Assembly (NCBI GenBank): GCA_965644315.1
Contig: CBFFRQ010000069.1
Coordinates: 124,001 to 188,000 of the forward strand
DNA length: 64,000 nt
DNA from: Caecitellus pseudoparvulus
Taxonomy: Eukaryota; Protista; Bigyra: Bicosoecida
Direction: 5' to 3'
The notes beneath the pieces are model-generated. The model saw only the letters and a list, made by a program, of their open reading frames with translations. It made no database searches and was not told the origin of the DNA. Shown piece after piece: positions 53,756-64,000 of this stretch. Numbering within the stretch: the first letter of the stretch is position 1; every line of letters starts with the position of its first letter. The translations under genes were made by a program, and so were the position numbers.

Positions 53756-56297
53756 CTAGTCCTGTGACTGCGCATGGGCACTCTGGCTGCCAGCCGTCTC
53801 GCCCTGGATGATGCTGGGAGGGGAGGCGCCAGCCCCTGGGACTGGCACTGGCCTTGCGTGGTCCTGCACCGCGACGCCTGAGCCAGAAGAAAAGGCAGTC
53901 AGGTTCGTCACGCTTTCGCTGTGAAGGGTGAAAGACACTTCCTCTGCAGCCAGTGCAGAGTCGGGCCGGGCCATGAAGCTGCTGACCGAGCTGCAGGAAG
54001 AGGTGGGCGTGCGCGCCGTCGACGCGGACGAAGACCAAGTGCTCCACGAGTCCGACCTGTCAGGGTCGAGAAGATCGGGGGTGCCTTCCTTGGGGATGAG
54101 GGTGCTGAGCAGACTGGGGGCTTCTGCAGAGGGCTTGAACGCTTCCAGGGCATCTGCCGCACGCGACAGCTGCTGCCGCCGCCTGGCAAATGCCCCCAGA
54201 CAAGACGCGACGCTTTGCCCTGGCAGCAACGGGTCCTCCAAATGCAATGGGGCGGCCTCATCTGCCGCGCTGGCCTCGCTGGCCTTGGTCTTTGCGCTTT
54301 TGAAGAAGGAGGGCAGGCACATCAAGCGAGAGCCCTGGGAAAGTGGCACCATGTACCCCCCTCCTCGCACAGACAGCCCCATGTGCACATGGTCCAGTGT
54401 CACGCCGAAGAACCGCATGAAACGCACCAACAGCGGGCCGAGTGGCAGGACCCCTGGAGGCTGGAGAGGGCAGTCCGGCGGCACGAGGATCGGGAGCGGG
54501 CAGTAGTCCCACCCCAGCGCCACCACGTGTGTGTCTGCGTGGGCCAGGCGCGGCACTGCGCTGTGAAATGTGGCTGTGTCGATGTGGGGCGGAGGTGCGC
54601 TGCCAGCCTTGGTGTCCACAGGCGCAGCCGAAGGCCGCTCCTCACGCCCACGGTAACTTGGTGCGCTACTGCCGTGGACTTTGCCTTCCTGAGCAGTTGG
54701 AGATGGCTCGAGCATCAGCGGATCGGCGCCGCTGGTGCGGTCAGCCGAGGGTGGATCCTGTGCGCCTGGCGCCAAGCGCACTGTGTCGGCAACTTCAACA
54801 CTTGCCGGGCTCTGAATGAGCACTGGTTTGGGGCGTGGAAGGGCTCGAGGGAGGGCGCTGGAGCGCCGTGAAGTGCCGCCACCGGCTGCTGCTGCAGCGG
54901 CTGCCATTTGTTTTGCCCTGCGCCGACGCCTGCGGCGTGCCGCTGCAGCTGACTGCATGGACTGAGCACCTGAGTTGCTGGGCTCGACGGCGCGAACATC
55001 AGGTGGGACGCCAACCAAGTCACTCAGGGATTGGGCAGACTGGGCCGTATGGCTATCACTCGGCGGCCCGGTTGCAGGCGGGCAAACCTCAGCGTATGGC
55101 GCGGCTTGGGGCTGGCGTGACGCCCACAATGACAACCACGAGTGCAGCTCTGGCAAGGCAAGCTCCAGAGGCACAGAGACGTCGCCGGGATCCATCCACT
55201 GGCTGCGTTCTTCCTCCAGCTGCATGGCGTAGATGTGAGCTAACCCATGCAGCGTCAGCTTATGCCGTGCAATCAGTGCCTCTCCAGCCTCTCGCTCAGC
55301 GTGAGCCCACACTGCTGGCTCGGAAACGGGCAGTGGCGGCAAGGGTACTCCGCGCTCCTTCCGCTCATGCTGCAGGAAGGCTAACAGCATGAGCACCAGA
55401 ACGTGTGATGGGATGGGACGCACATCAGGTGCGCCCTGCTCCGCTGCACGCTGCTCCGCTGCGTCGGCTGGAGCAGCCTGTGCACCAAGATGAAGCTTGC
55501 CATGCTCCGCTTGGGCCCGCCCAAGCCACGCTTTGCACACCAGCACGAGGTACGGCAGCTCTGGAAACGCGTGCAAGTGTGCCTGGACAAAGTTCCGCGC
55601 TGCCCTACCTGTGTGAGACCCAGCGCCACCCGCCAGGGAGATGTCGAGGGAGTAGCCGTCCGTGGTGGTGACTTTCAGGAGCGGCGGCAGGACACTGTCA
55701 ATCGTCGTCGCTGAGCTGGCGCAGCCGGAGCGCACGAGATGCTCTCCGAATTCTTGGAGCAACATGAGGGAGGCAACAAGAGGGGCCGCGCTCTTCACTT
55801 TCATGTCCACCACGTCTTGTTCAGGAACCTGCACAGGTAGAGCGTCAGATTGCGTTATATGCGCAGAGAAGTGACCGACCTCGCCAGGCGAAACGCCCGC
55901 GCTGCTCCGCACTGCTTGCCGCACGCACCGTGAGCATGAGGTCAATGTCAGATGATGCCAAATGGATGCCTGTTGCGCACGAGCCATACAGCTCCAGAAT
56001 GCTCGAAGGCCAGAGCTGGGCAGCACTCAGCCGAAGGCGCCCAAGCAGCTGCAGCAAGGAGTCCCGGCCCTGCGCCTGGCAACGCTGAACGCGGTGCGCG
56101 AAGGCGACGATTTCCGCTGTGAGGCTGGATGAGATGCTTTGTTTGCCTTGTAGCACCGTGCTTCCCCGGGGAAGCCACGCTACCGCCTTCTGGCGCCGGC
56201 GCCGGCGGCTGGAGCGTGATGCTCTGGAGACAGAGCTTGAGCCGGCAACTGAGCCAGCAGCACCGTCGCTGAGGCGCAGGCTGCCCGACACAGACAT
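53756..56297 (-). CDS. Non-canonical poly(A) polymerase / terminal nucleotidyltransferase (TRF4/PAPD5-like)
   Basis: LTAEIVAF, LYGSCATGIHLASSDIDL (GS + DxD), third Asp in SLDISL, LVLVCKAWL, SHVLVLMLLAFLQ, LGPLLVRFMRFFG and LHLEDPL. Intron at ~55930-55829. The true start may be upstream (~56706). Confidence 0.8.
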
Positions 56298-57189
56298 GGC
56301 CAACTTGCGAGACGCTGAAGTATGAGCACACGAACGATGGACGAAGAGCCTCAGCCCTTGTGCTCTGCGACTTGGCGTTGTGCAGCGGCTGCTGGCGCGT
56401 CGTGTTGCGGCTCCAGTTGCTGGAAACGCCCTGCACTCTCCCGCAGTCACGCGCTTGCCACTGCAGGGCCAAGGTGGAGCTCACGGGGGGAAAGTGGCGA
56501 GAGACAAAGCACCTGCTCATTGTCACGCCATCTGCTTGGACCGCTGCTGGCGCCTCAAAGTATTTTAACCAGGAGCTGCTGCTGAAAGGTGGGGGAGTTC
56601 TGGCTGCTGGTGCTTTCGCAAGCCTCGCCCCTCTGCGTGTGCTTCTGGGCGCGGCCGGGGGCAAAGGCGCCGCAGCTGTACCTTGAAGGGGCTTCAACTG
56701 TGACATATTTTACAAGTCGCCCGCAACCCAAAGGCGCTGCCGTCGTGTTTCAATGCCTAATCGCAGTGTGTGTATGCCCTTCGCAGAAGCGTTCCCAGAC
56801 AAGACTGCCCCAGCTCATTGGGATTTATGCCACGCCTGGCCAGGTAGGGGGAGCCAACACCAATGCACAAGCAGACAACCTCCCTTTTGAGCCCAAATTA
56901 GGCCCGGCGGAGCCTGCGACGGCCCAAAAGGAACAGCGGCATGCTTGGATTCCCCCGGCGACAATTAGCATCAGATGAGTGCCCCAAGGCAGCTCAGGAA
57001 GCTGATTATTTCAAGAGATGCATTGCAGTACCCATACATTCACCGGCACACGCTAGGCTTCCTGAAATAGAGCGCTGGCACGGAGCCTGGTCGCTGCGAC
57101 GAGCCAACTGAAATGGCCGGGTTGCAGCTTGGCCGCCTGCAACGAGCTGCACATTGTACCGCGACCAAAGAGTCCCCATCACTGAGCAC

Positions 57190-60100
57190 TCAGGTACTGC
57201 TGTCACCCCCATCTTTCATTCGCACTTTGAGCTGCGTGATGGCGCCTGTGCTTGCGGGGGGAGACGCCGACATGCCGGGTTTGCGGCGGAGCGGCGTGGA
57301 AAACCCCGCAGCAGCACTGGCTGCGAGCGCCTGGCGATGCAGGGCGCTCCGCGGGGCGGGGGACAGAGTGAGGCGCACGGCACCTCTGCGGGGAGATCCC
57401 ACTTTTGATGGGGTGCGGGGACTCAGAACTGTGCCTGCAACGCCCGTGCCAGGAGCCTCAGACAGCTGAGCGGCCCGGGCAGCAGCAGCTGCACCCCGCT
57501 TCTGCCGTGTTGGGGAAGCAGTGGCATCCCGAGCCACCTCCGCGGCAGTCCGTCTATCGGCATCTACACAGGCTTCCATGGCCTTGCTGGAAGCTGGCGG
57601 TGTTGCAGAGCCTTCCAGGGCAGCCTGGGCCTTGCGCAGAGCGCGGTTTGTCCTGCTCCGCCCCGCCTTCAGCTTCGCTACTGCACGAAGAGTTGCCAGG
57701 GCAGCTCCACTTGACAGCCCAACCTTTTCGGGCGGTGCATCAGGCTTGCTGGGTGCAGGGGGCGTGGCGGCAACCCTTGCCAGCGCGCGAGCAGAGGCAG
57801 TGGTGCGAATGGGTGGGGGGGGGTCAGCACGGACTCGGGGCTGCTGAGGGCCCCCCACGGCCGTGGCACGCTCGGGCGAAGCGGCAGCTACAGAACCTGG
57901 TGGCAACTTGGCGCTCCCTTGCTTGAACTCTGGGGATGGCGCCGGGGGGGGCAGCATGGCAGTGGGGCGCGGGACACTGGACTTGCTGTCAGGAGCCTGG
58001 GCGCCAAGTTCACGCAGCGAGCGGCTGCTTCCTCCAGGCCCAGACTCATCACGGTCCCAGGATGCTGGGCTGGCATCCTCGTCACTCTCCCACCGCAAGC
58101 GGGCCCGTCGCCGAGCCATGCTTGCCCGTCCACCTCCCTGCCCCACCTCTCCTTGGCCGCGCGTCAACCACCACCACTCCAGCGTGCGCACAGCAAGGTA
58201 CTCGTGAAGCCGCCACACTCGCTGGCCATCTTTCGCATCCAGAAAGTCGTCTGTAATGTCCACAGACAGTGCCACACGGGCCAGAGCCTTGAGCGTCGGC
58301 TCGAAGCCCATGCTCCAGACCAACTTGCGCCGGGCACGGCGCGAGTCCACAGACAGAACAATCTTGCTGCCAAGCTTGCCTTCGGTGGCTTTCTTACCCC
58401 CATCCTGCTCCCCGCTCGTGGGCGATGCCATGCTGGAACGTGGTGGTCGAGGAGTGCCTGGCGCGCCATCCCCGTCCGCTTCTTCACCTGGAGGTGCGGC
58501 TTGCAGCACATCCAGGCACGAACCCAGGCAGTCTGCACAGGCTCGCCGGCAGCCGCCCATGACTGTGGACACGGCTGTTGCTGCCTTCTTCCCAGCGCCA
58601 AGACCCACTGACTTGGCCTTAGAATCAGGCTCTCCTTCAGCGCCTTCCGCTGGGCTTTGTCGCGCAGACCCTCCAGCTTTGTCGGGCACAAGGGCGCCCA
58701 GTCCTTCACCCACAGCAGGCTGCCGCTTGACGAGGCTGCGAGGCACCAGCACAATGGGGATGTTGAACACCTCTGCACGCCGCATGATCTCCAGGCGGTC
58801 AAGGCTGGGCGTGCCGAAACCGAACGGGGGGGGTGCCCCTGCCATGAGCCGGTTGAACAGGGTCGCACGCACGAAGCGCGTGGCCAGCCGGTCCATGCGG
58901 TTCCAGACGCGAGCCCACTCCTGGAGACTCTGCAGATTGGTCCAACCCTCGGGGCGGGGGCGGTTGGGGCCGCCTTTGGGCACGGGCCACCGGAACTTGG
59001 GCCGCGCAGACGTCTCCGACTCCTCCCCGTCCGAGCTATCACCGAGGCTTGCCTCCGAGCCTCGAGAGGAGGAGGCAGCTGTGCCGACGCTGTCGTCTTC
59101 GTCTTCGTCGTCGCTGGCGTCTTGGTCAAACTCTGCCTCGAGGTCGTCAGAAAACTGCTCCAGGATCACCGCGATGAATAACTGCAAGAAGACAAAGCTC
59201 AAGATGAGCTGCACTGCGATAAAGTACAGCGCCGCAGCAGGGCTGGTTGCTGCCATGGCAGCGTACATGGGCTGCTCCCATGCGTCTCCTGTAGACACCA
59301 CCCACACCAGCTCCAACGCCTCAGGGAAGTTGTAGAAGTTCGCATGGCGGTTCAGGCCGCCGTCGCCCGTGGTGTCCACGCTTCCGAACAAGGACACCCC
59401 AAGAACAGCGAACATGAAGTACAGGACGCCCAATAGCGCGCTGATGTTCAGGAGGCTGGGCAGAGACAGCACTAGCGTCTGGAACAGTCTACGCAGGGTC
59501 TTGGCGCGCTTGATGAGGCGGAACACGCGAGCCACTCGGAACACGCGGATGACATTTGCGCCACCCCCCGCAGGGGACGCCAGGGAGACGAATGAGAGTA
59601 TCACAACGATGAAGTCAAATTTGTTCCAGCCGTCCGCCCAGTAGGCAGGGAAGGCTCCGCGAGTGCCGAGCACCTTGATGACAACCTCCAGGGCAAAAAT
59701 GATGATGAACATGATGTTGAACACGGCCAATGTATCTGTCAAGGCTTGAGGCTGCTGGTAGTGCTGCAGCATCATGAGGAAGGTGTTGAAGATGATGGCT
59801 GCCATGATGAACGTGTCAAACCACGCCGCTGTGGACAAGTCGTAGAAAGGCTTTCGCCAAGCTTGGGAAGGGGCGTCAGCAAAGGTACTGAGCTCCGAGG
59901 TAGCACTTGATATGAGGCGGTTCGTCGTGTACCAGCGCTTCTGCTCCTTTGTCAGAAACGCGGAGCCGTCGTAGATGCCCTTTAGGCGGTTGAAGTTGTC
60001 GATGATCACTCCCACCGCCAGGTTGATTACGAAGAAGCCCCCGATGATGACAAAGGCGATGAAGTACAGCGCTGCTGCAGGGTTGGACTTGGGGGCCGGC

Positions 60101-63100
60101 GCCTGAGCATCCCCCCTCGCGGCAATGGCGAGGTGCATCACCTCTCCCCACCCTGAAAGCGACGCAACTTGGAAAAGAAGCAGCATGCTGTTTCCCACGT
60201 TGTCGAAGTTAGCATGCTCTGTGCCTTCAATGGGCTGCCAAGTGCGGCTACGCATCACTTCGCTTGTTGTGGAGCCGATGACAGTTCCATTGGGCGACAA
60301 CACTGGCGTCGTCTCGTTGACAAGCCCGTCCACACACTGGGACCGCAGGTCGATGCTTGGATCCGAGCATTCGTAGAACACCCCCTTGAACAAGTTTGTG
60401 CCCATAATGGCGAAGATGAGCCACAGCAGCGACGCCAGCACGACAACGTTGCCCATGTTCGGAAGAGCGGCAATGAGCGCGTTGATCACGACCTTGATGT
60501 TGTCCGAGCGCACGACTACACGGAGGGGGCGCAAGGCACGCAAAGCCCGCGCTATTGCAAACTGGGGAGCCGCCAGGGAGACGATGGAAACCAGCACAAC
60601 AAAGGCGTCTAGCCAGTTCCAGTACGATCTGAAGTAACCTCGCCCGCCCGGCATCCACAGGCCGTGGGCAATGCACTTGGCCACCATCTCCAGCGTGAAC
60701 ACCACGGCAAAGAACACATCCATGCCGCGGATGGTGACCGCGAGAGGGTCATCTTCAGGCCGCGTTGGGCGCTCCAATGCCAGAAAGACGCAATTCAGCA
60801 AGATGAGCAGCAGGATGACGACCTCAAATGCCGTGGATGTCACCAGGCGGTGCAGGGCAACACGCAGGGGCGCGTCCGGCGGGCCGAGGCCACACGCATA
60901 GCCAGTCATCCCCGTTGGCACCACGCGCTCGTGACGCTTCTTTTGTTCCCGGTGTGCCCTGGCACGCTGCTTGCGAAGGACGCGCCCCCGAAGAAGCACG
61001 GCCGCAGCCACCGCATGTGGGGGCGTGAAGGCAAACGCTTCGTTGCGGGGCGCCTTTGCCATCTCCTTCTGCCGCAACTCCAAAGCCAATGAGTGCATGT
61101 CCTCACCGTCCAGGGTGCTGTCGTCCTGCCCTGCAAAGCGACGCAAGAGGATGGCAATGAAGAGGGACAGGACAATGTACATGCCCAAGATTTGGCCGAG
61201 GAGGAAGAATGCCACAGCGCCATCCCCACAACACTTGACGCCGTCAAACATCATGTTGTCCCAATCGTCATTCGTGATGAGTACAAAAGCCGTCAGCAGC
61301 GCATCCCCTAGTGTCTCAAAGGTAAACACGGGCTCCGAATCCAGCGCGGCCACCTGCCCGGCAAAGAGCTGCATGCCCAGCACACCGAAAATGAACACGA
61401 ACAAGCACATTAGCAGCGCCATCCATGAAATGTCCGGCAGTGATGCCGCGATAGTGTTGAGGAGCACACGCAGAGCTGGAAACTGCTTCAGCAGCTTCAG
61501 GATCCGGATGAGGCGGAACGTGCGCAGGACTGAAACAACACCACCTCCCGAGCCCTGGGACGCGGCAATCTCGATCAGCGAGACGATGACCACAAACCCG
61601 TCAAAAAGGTTGAACGCGTCACGGGCATAGCCTTTGATGCCGAGCCCAACCAGCTTGAGCGCCATTTCCGCGGCAAAAATGCCAGTCAAAACGAGATTCC
61701 CTGTCTCGAGTTGCTTCAGCAAGGCCGAGTCAATGCCGTTAAAGTCCATCGCTAAGAGGATTGTGTTGGCGATGATGGCGAGGAGAATCGCCCCACGAAA
61801 TGCCGCACTGTTCACGAGGGAGTTCACGGCAAGAACCCACTCCGGCTTCCCCACCAGCCACTCACGCTCCAGAGCCAGGGAGGCATCCACATCCCTGACA
61901 ACAGCATATGCAGCATGCTGGGCACCTGGGCTTATGGGGAATGTCTTATGGGCGAGGGCCAGGCGAGGCAAGCCGAGGGTGGGCGAAATGGTGTCCTTTG
62001 AGCCGTCGTTGATGCGTTGACGGCGCCATGGCTTGAGGCCCGGCTGTGCGGCGGCGACCATGGCCTCCTGGGACACCGCGTCAAAGGCCCGTGACCCATG
62101 CAGCTGTCCCAATTGGTCAATTATGCTGAGCTCCGGGATTGACGGCGGCACCCCCAGCCTGCGGGCGTGTGCTGCGTGCATGATGGCGCCGGGAATGGTA
62201 TCGGTGGAGCACCGTTGCAGGGCAGCCACGGGCCCCCGGGCTGGGGCTGCGTCAACAGGCGCGTGCGCTGTCTGGCGGTAGACATCCATACGAAGGCCAC
62301 CGTCAAGCATGAGAGTGACCAGCTCCCCATGTGGCGCGCTCTGAACTTGTCCGTGGGATGGGTGTCGCCGGTCGTAGTGCAGCCCGGGCCTCACTTTGGA
62401 CACCAGCTCCTCCACGGACACTGACGGGACAAATGGCTCCTGGGGGAGAGGGGTGCCTGTGCCGTTGTCTTCGCCTTCCGCATCGAGCAAGCTGTCAGCT
62501 GCTGCCGTGGGGGGAGGCGGCCTGGAGTTCCGGTACACGTAAAACCGGCTCTGCACTGAGCCGCCCGACGTCAGCGTGTATGCGTCCAAGTGACCGTGCG
62601 GGGCTGTCTCTTGCGCGCCATGTAGCCGCTGGGTGCTCATGGCTGCTGAGGGGGGGGCTTGCAAAGCCTGTGAACCGACACCCCGAGAGCGCTGAGCTGG
62701 GCGCTGGCTAGCTTGACCAGTCGAGGTGTCCCGGAAGATGAAGAGGCGCACGGGTGAAGCGCTGCCTTTCAACGTCATGCTGTGCAGCTCGCCACCCACC
62801 ACCTTTTCGGCACCTGTTGGTCCAGGCTGCGCCTGCAGTGCCTGCAGGCCAGCGGCGGCCCCCGCGTCCAGGGCAGTGGCGGACCAGGCTGCGGGGTCCC
62901 CCTTGAACACCTCCACTCGGACAGGGCTGTCGGGTTCGCCCATCATGTGGGTATTCAGGGCGCCCCCTGCCACCTTGGACACGGCCCCATGGTCAGGGTG
63001 TGAGTCCAGAGTTGGCACTCCCTTCAGGAGTCTACGGGAGGATAAGGAGGGTGCCTCGTCCACTGACTTGCCCCTAAAGATGTGCATGCGAATGGGGGAT

Positions 63101-64000
63101 GCTGGTTCACCCACCACCTGGGTCTCCAGCTCACCCCCTGCAACAGGCTCTCGGACACCTGTCTCGGGGTGGTCCTCATGCACGCGAATGGGAGAGGGGG
63201 GCGCCTCGCAGGACCCTGTCACGCCGGCTTCTTCCGTGGCACCAGAGGACGGCAGGCCGAGGGGGTTCTCCACGGAGCGCAACGTTTGGGGGGCAGCGCG
63301 CTGGGCACTGCGCAAGCGCTCCAGTTGCTGCTTCAGTGCTGCCTTCTCGCTGGCGAGGGCTTCCGCATCATCTGCGTCGTTGGAGGTGCTCTCGAACTCC
63401 TCCACCACCACGGCCAGTACGAGGTTCATGGCGAAGAAGGCCCCCAGCAGCACAGCTGCGACAAAAAAGATCCAGACTGTCTTGCCGGCGGCGTCCTGGA
63501 CAGCGTACATGATCTCGGCCCACCCAGACATGTCCACCACCAAGTACATGGTGAGGAGAGCGTTCCCAAAGTTGTCGAAGTGCACGATACCATTGCCTAG
63601 GTTTTCCCCGACAGGTCTGCAAGAGGCGCCTGTGGGGCAAGTGCGGGCGTTGTCAGCGTCCACCGTGGAGCAGATGAACTCTCCATCTTCCAGCAGCTCG
63701 CCTGTCGCGTCGTCCACGCAGCGCTGGTGCAGCAGGCCATTGAACAGCTGCACCCCAGTGATGGCGAAGATGATGAAGAGAAAGAGGAGGATGAAGCCCA
63801 CCTGCAACAAGTCGGGCAGTGTGTTCAGGAGGGTGGTCACGATGACCTTCAAGCTCTTGAGCTTGTTTACAGCTCGCAGGGGGCGCAAGACACGGAGTGC
63901 GCGGATGGCTGAGGAACCGTTCCCGAACGAGGGGATGAACTCCAGGAAGCCCACGAGCACGATGAAGAAGTCAAGGACATTCCAGCCGTTGGTGAAGTAC
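57190..64000 (-). CDS. Four-domain voltage-gated cation channel alpha subunit (Cav/Nav superfamily), 5' partial
   Basis: Four S4 segments (RALRVLRPLR, RTFRLIRILK, RALRALRPLR, RVFRVARVFRLIK), WN..D motifs, four P-loops and a C-terminal EF-hand-like WARVWNRMD...PPPFGFG. Confidence 0.95.
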   Translation of the reverse strand, partial: YFTNGWNVLDFFIVLVGFLEFIPSFGNGSSAIRALRVLRPLRAVNKLKSLKVIVTTLLNTLPDLLQVGFILLFLFIIFAITGVQLFNGLLHQRCVDDATGELLEDGEFICSTVDADNARTCPTGASCRPVGENLGNGIVHFDNFGNALLTMYLVVDMSGWAEIMYAVQDAAGKTVWIFFVAAVLLGAFFAMNLVLAVVVEEFESTSNDADDAEALASEKAALKQQLERLRSAQRAAPQTLRSVENPLGLPSSGATEEAGVTGSCEAPPSPIRVHEDHPETGVREPVAGGELETQVVGEPASPIRMHIFRGKSVDEAPSLSSRRLLKGVPTLDSHPDHGAVSKVAGGALNTHMMGEPDSPVRVEVFKGDPAAWSATALDAGAAAGLQALQAQPGPTGAEKVVGGELHSMTLKGSASPVRLFIFRDTSTGQASQRPAQRSRGVGSQALQAPPSAAMSTQRLHGAQETAPHGHLDAYTLTSGGSVQSRFYVYRNSRPPPPTAAADSLLDAEGEDNGTGTPLPQEPFVPSVSVEELVSKVRPGLHYDRRHPSHGQVQSAPHGELVTLMLDGGLRMDVYRQTAHAPVDAAPARGPVAALQRCSTDTIPGAIMHAAHARRLGVPPSIPELSIIDQLGQLHGSRAFDAVSQEAMVAAAQPGLKPWRRQRINDGSKDTISPTLGLPRLALAHKTFPISPGAQHAAYAVVRDVDASLALEREWLVGKPEWVLAVNSLVNSAAFRGAILLAIIANTILLAMDFNGIDSALLKQLETGNLVLTGIFAAEMALKLVGLGIKGYARDAFNLFDGFVVIVSLIEIAASQGSGGGVVSVLRTFRLIRILKLLKQFPALRVLLNTIAASLPDISWMALLMCLFVFIFGVLGMQLFAGQVAALDSEPVFTFETLGDALLTAFVLITNDDWDNMMFDGVKCCGDGAVAFFLLGQILGMYIVLSLFIAILLRRFAGQDDSTLDGEDMHSLALELRQKEMAKAPRNEAFAFTPPHAVAAAVLLRGRVLRKQRARAHREQKKRHERVVPTGMTGYACGLGPPDAPLRVALHRLVTSTAFEVVILLLILLNCVFLALERPTRPEDDPLAVTIRGMDVFFAVVFTLEMVAKCIAHGLWMPGGRGYFRSYWNWLDAFVVLVSIVSLAAPQFAIARALRALRPLRVVVRSDNIKVVINALIAALPNMGNVVVLASLLWLIFAIMGTNLFKGVFYECSDPSIDLRSQCVDGLVNETTPVLSPNGTVIGSTTSEVMRSRTWQPIEGTEHANFDNVGNSMLLLFQVASLSGWGEVMHLAIAARGDAQAPAPKSNPAAALYFIAFVIIGGFFVINLAVGVIIDNFNRLKGIYDGSAFLTKEQKRWYTTNRLISSATSELSTFADAPSQAWRKPFYDLSTAAWFDTFIMAAIIFNTFLMMLQHYQQPQALTDTLAVFNIMFIIIFALEVVIKVLGTRGAFPAYWADGWNKFDFIVVILSFVSLASPAGGGANVIRVFRVARVFRLIKRAKTLRRLFQTLVLSLPSLLNISALLGVLYFMFAVLGVSLFGSVDTTGDGGLNRHANFYNFPEALELVWVVSTGDAWEQPMYAAMAATSPAAALYFIAVQLILSFVFLQLFIAVILEQFSDDLEAEFDQDASDDEDEDDSVGTAASSSRGSEASLGDSSDGEESETSARPKFRWPVPKGGPNRPRPEGWTNLQSLQEWARVWNRMDRLATRFVRATLFNRLMAGAPPPFGFGTPSLDRLEIMRRAEVFNIPIVLVPRSLVKRQPAVGEGLGALVPDKAGGSARQSPAEGAEGEPDSKAKSVGLGAGKKAATAVSTVMGGCRRACADCLGSCLDVLQAAPPGEEADGDGAPGTPRPPRSSMASPTSGEQDGGKKATEGKLGSKIVLSVDSRRARRKLVWSMGFEPTLKALARVALSVDITDDFLDAKDGQRVWRLHEYLAVRTLEWWWLTRGQGEVGQGGGRASMARRRARLRWESDEDASPASWDRDESGPGGSSRSLRELGAQAPDSKSSVPRPTAMLPPPAPSPEFKQGSAKLPPGSVAAASPERATAVGGPQQPRVRADPPPPIRTTASARALARVAATPPAPSKPDAPPEKVGLSSGAALATLRAVAKLKAGRSRTNRALRKAQAALEGSATPPASSKAMEACVDADRRTAAEVARDATASPTRQKRGAAAAARAAQLSEAPGTGVAGTVLSPRTPSKVGSPRRGAVRLTLSPAPRSALHRQALAASAAAGFSTPLRRKPGMSASPPASTGAITQLKVRMKDGGDSST

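Noticed and set aside
56298-56706. Separate small gene upstream of the TRF4-like CDS (MSQLKPLQG...)
   Set aside because: It could be an extra 5' exon of the nucleotidyltransferase, but I could not establish a convincing splice path or any homology.

Overview
GC-rich, very gene-dense eukaryotic genomic DNA from a flagellated protist; a heterotrophic stramenopile is plausible but this is inference only. It has short spliceosomal introns (mostly GTGCGT/GTGAG...YGCAG). I see no prokaryotic features, CRISPR arrays, RNA genes or mobile elements. I can support 21 protein-coding genes. In order: partial Slo/BK-family K+ channel; Akr1-type ankyrin-DHHC palmitoyltransferase; a two-exon 49-aa WH2/beta-thymosin-like gene that the ORF track misses; a 4096-aa DH-like/PH/Pro-rich/PPR/coiled-coil protein; PEX11; tandem CCCH zinc finger protein; V-ATPase subunit a; DRC9/IQCG; two tandem paralogous multi-C-type-lectin receptors; ZNHIT2; short MTHFR; CPI1; an NSUN/RsmB methyltransferase; arginase; OGG1; a lebercilin-like protein with a 72/78-bp coding repeat; MPI; one orphan; a TRF4-like nucleotidyltransferase; and a partial four-domain voltage-gated channel. 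The most unusual items are the channel's S/D/S/D selectivity filter, the hidden thymosin-like peptide gene lying head-to-head with the giant RhoGEF-like/PH-PPR fusion, and the lectin-receptor tandem pair. All family assignments are by manual motif recognition; no searches were run.
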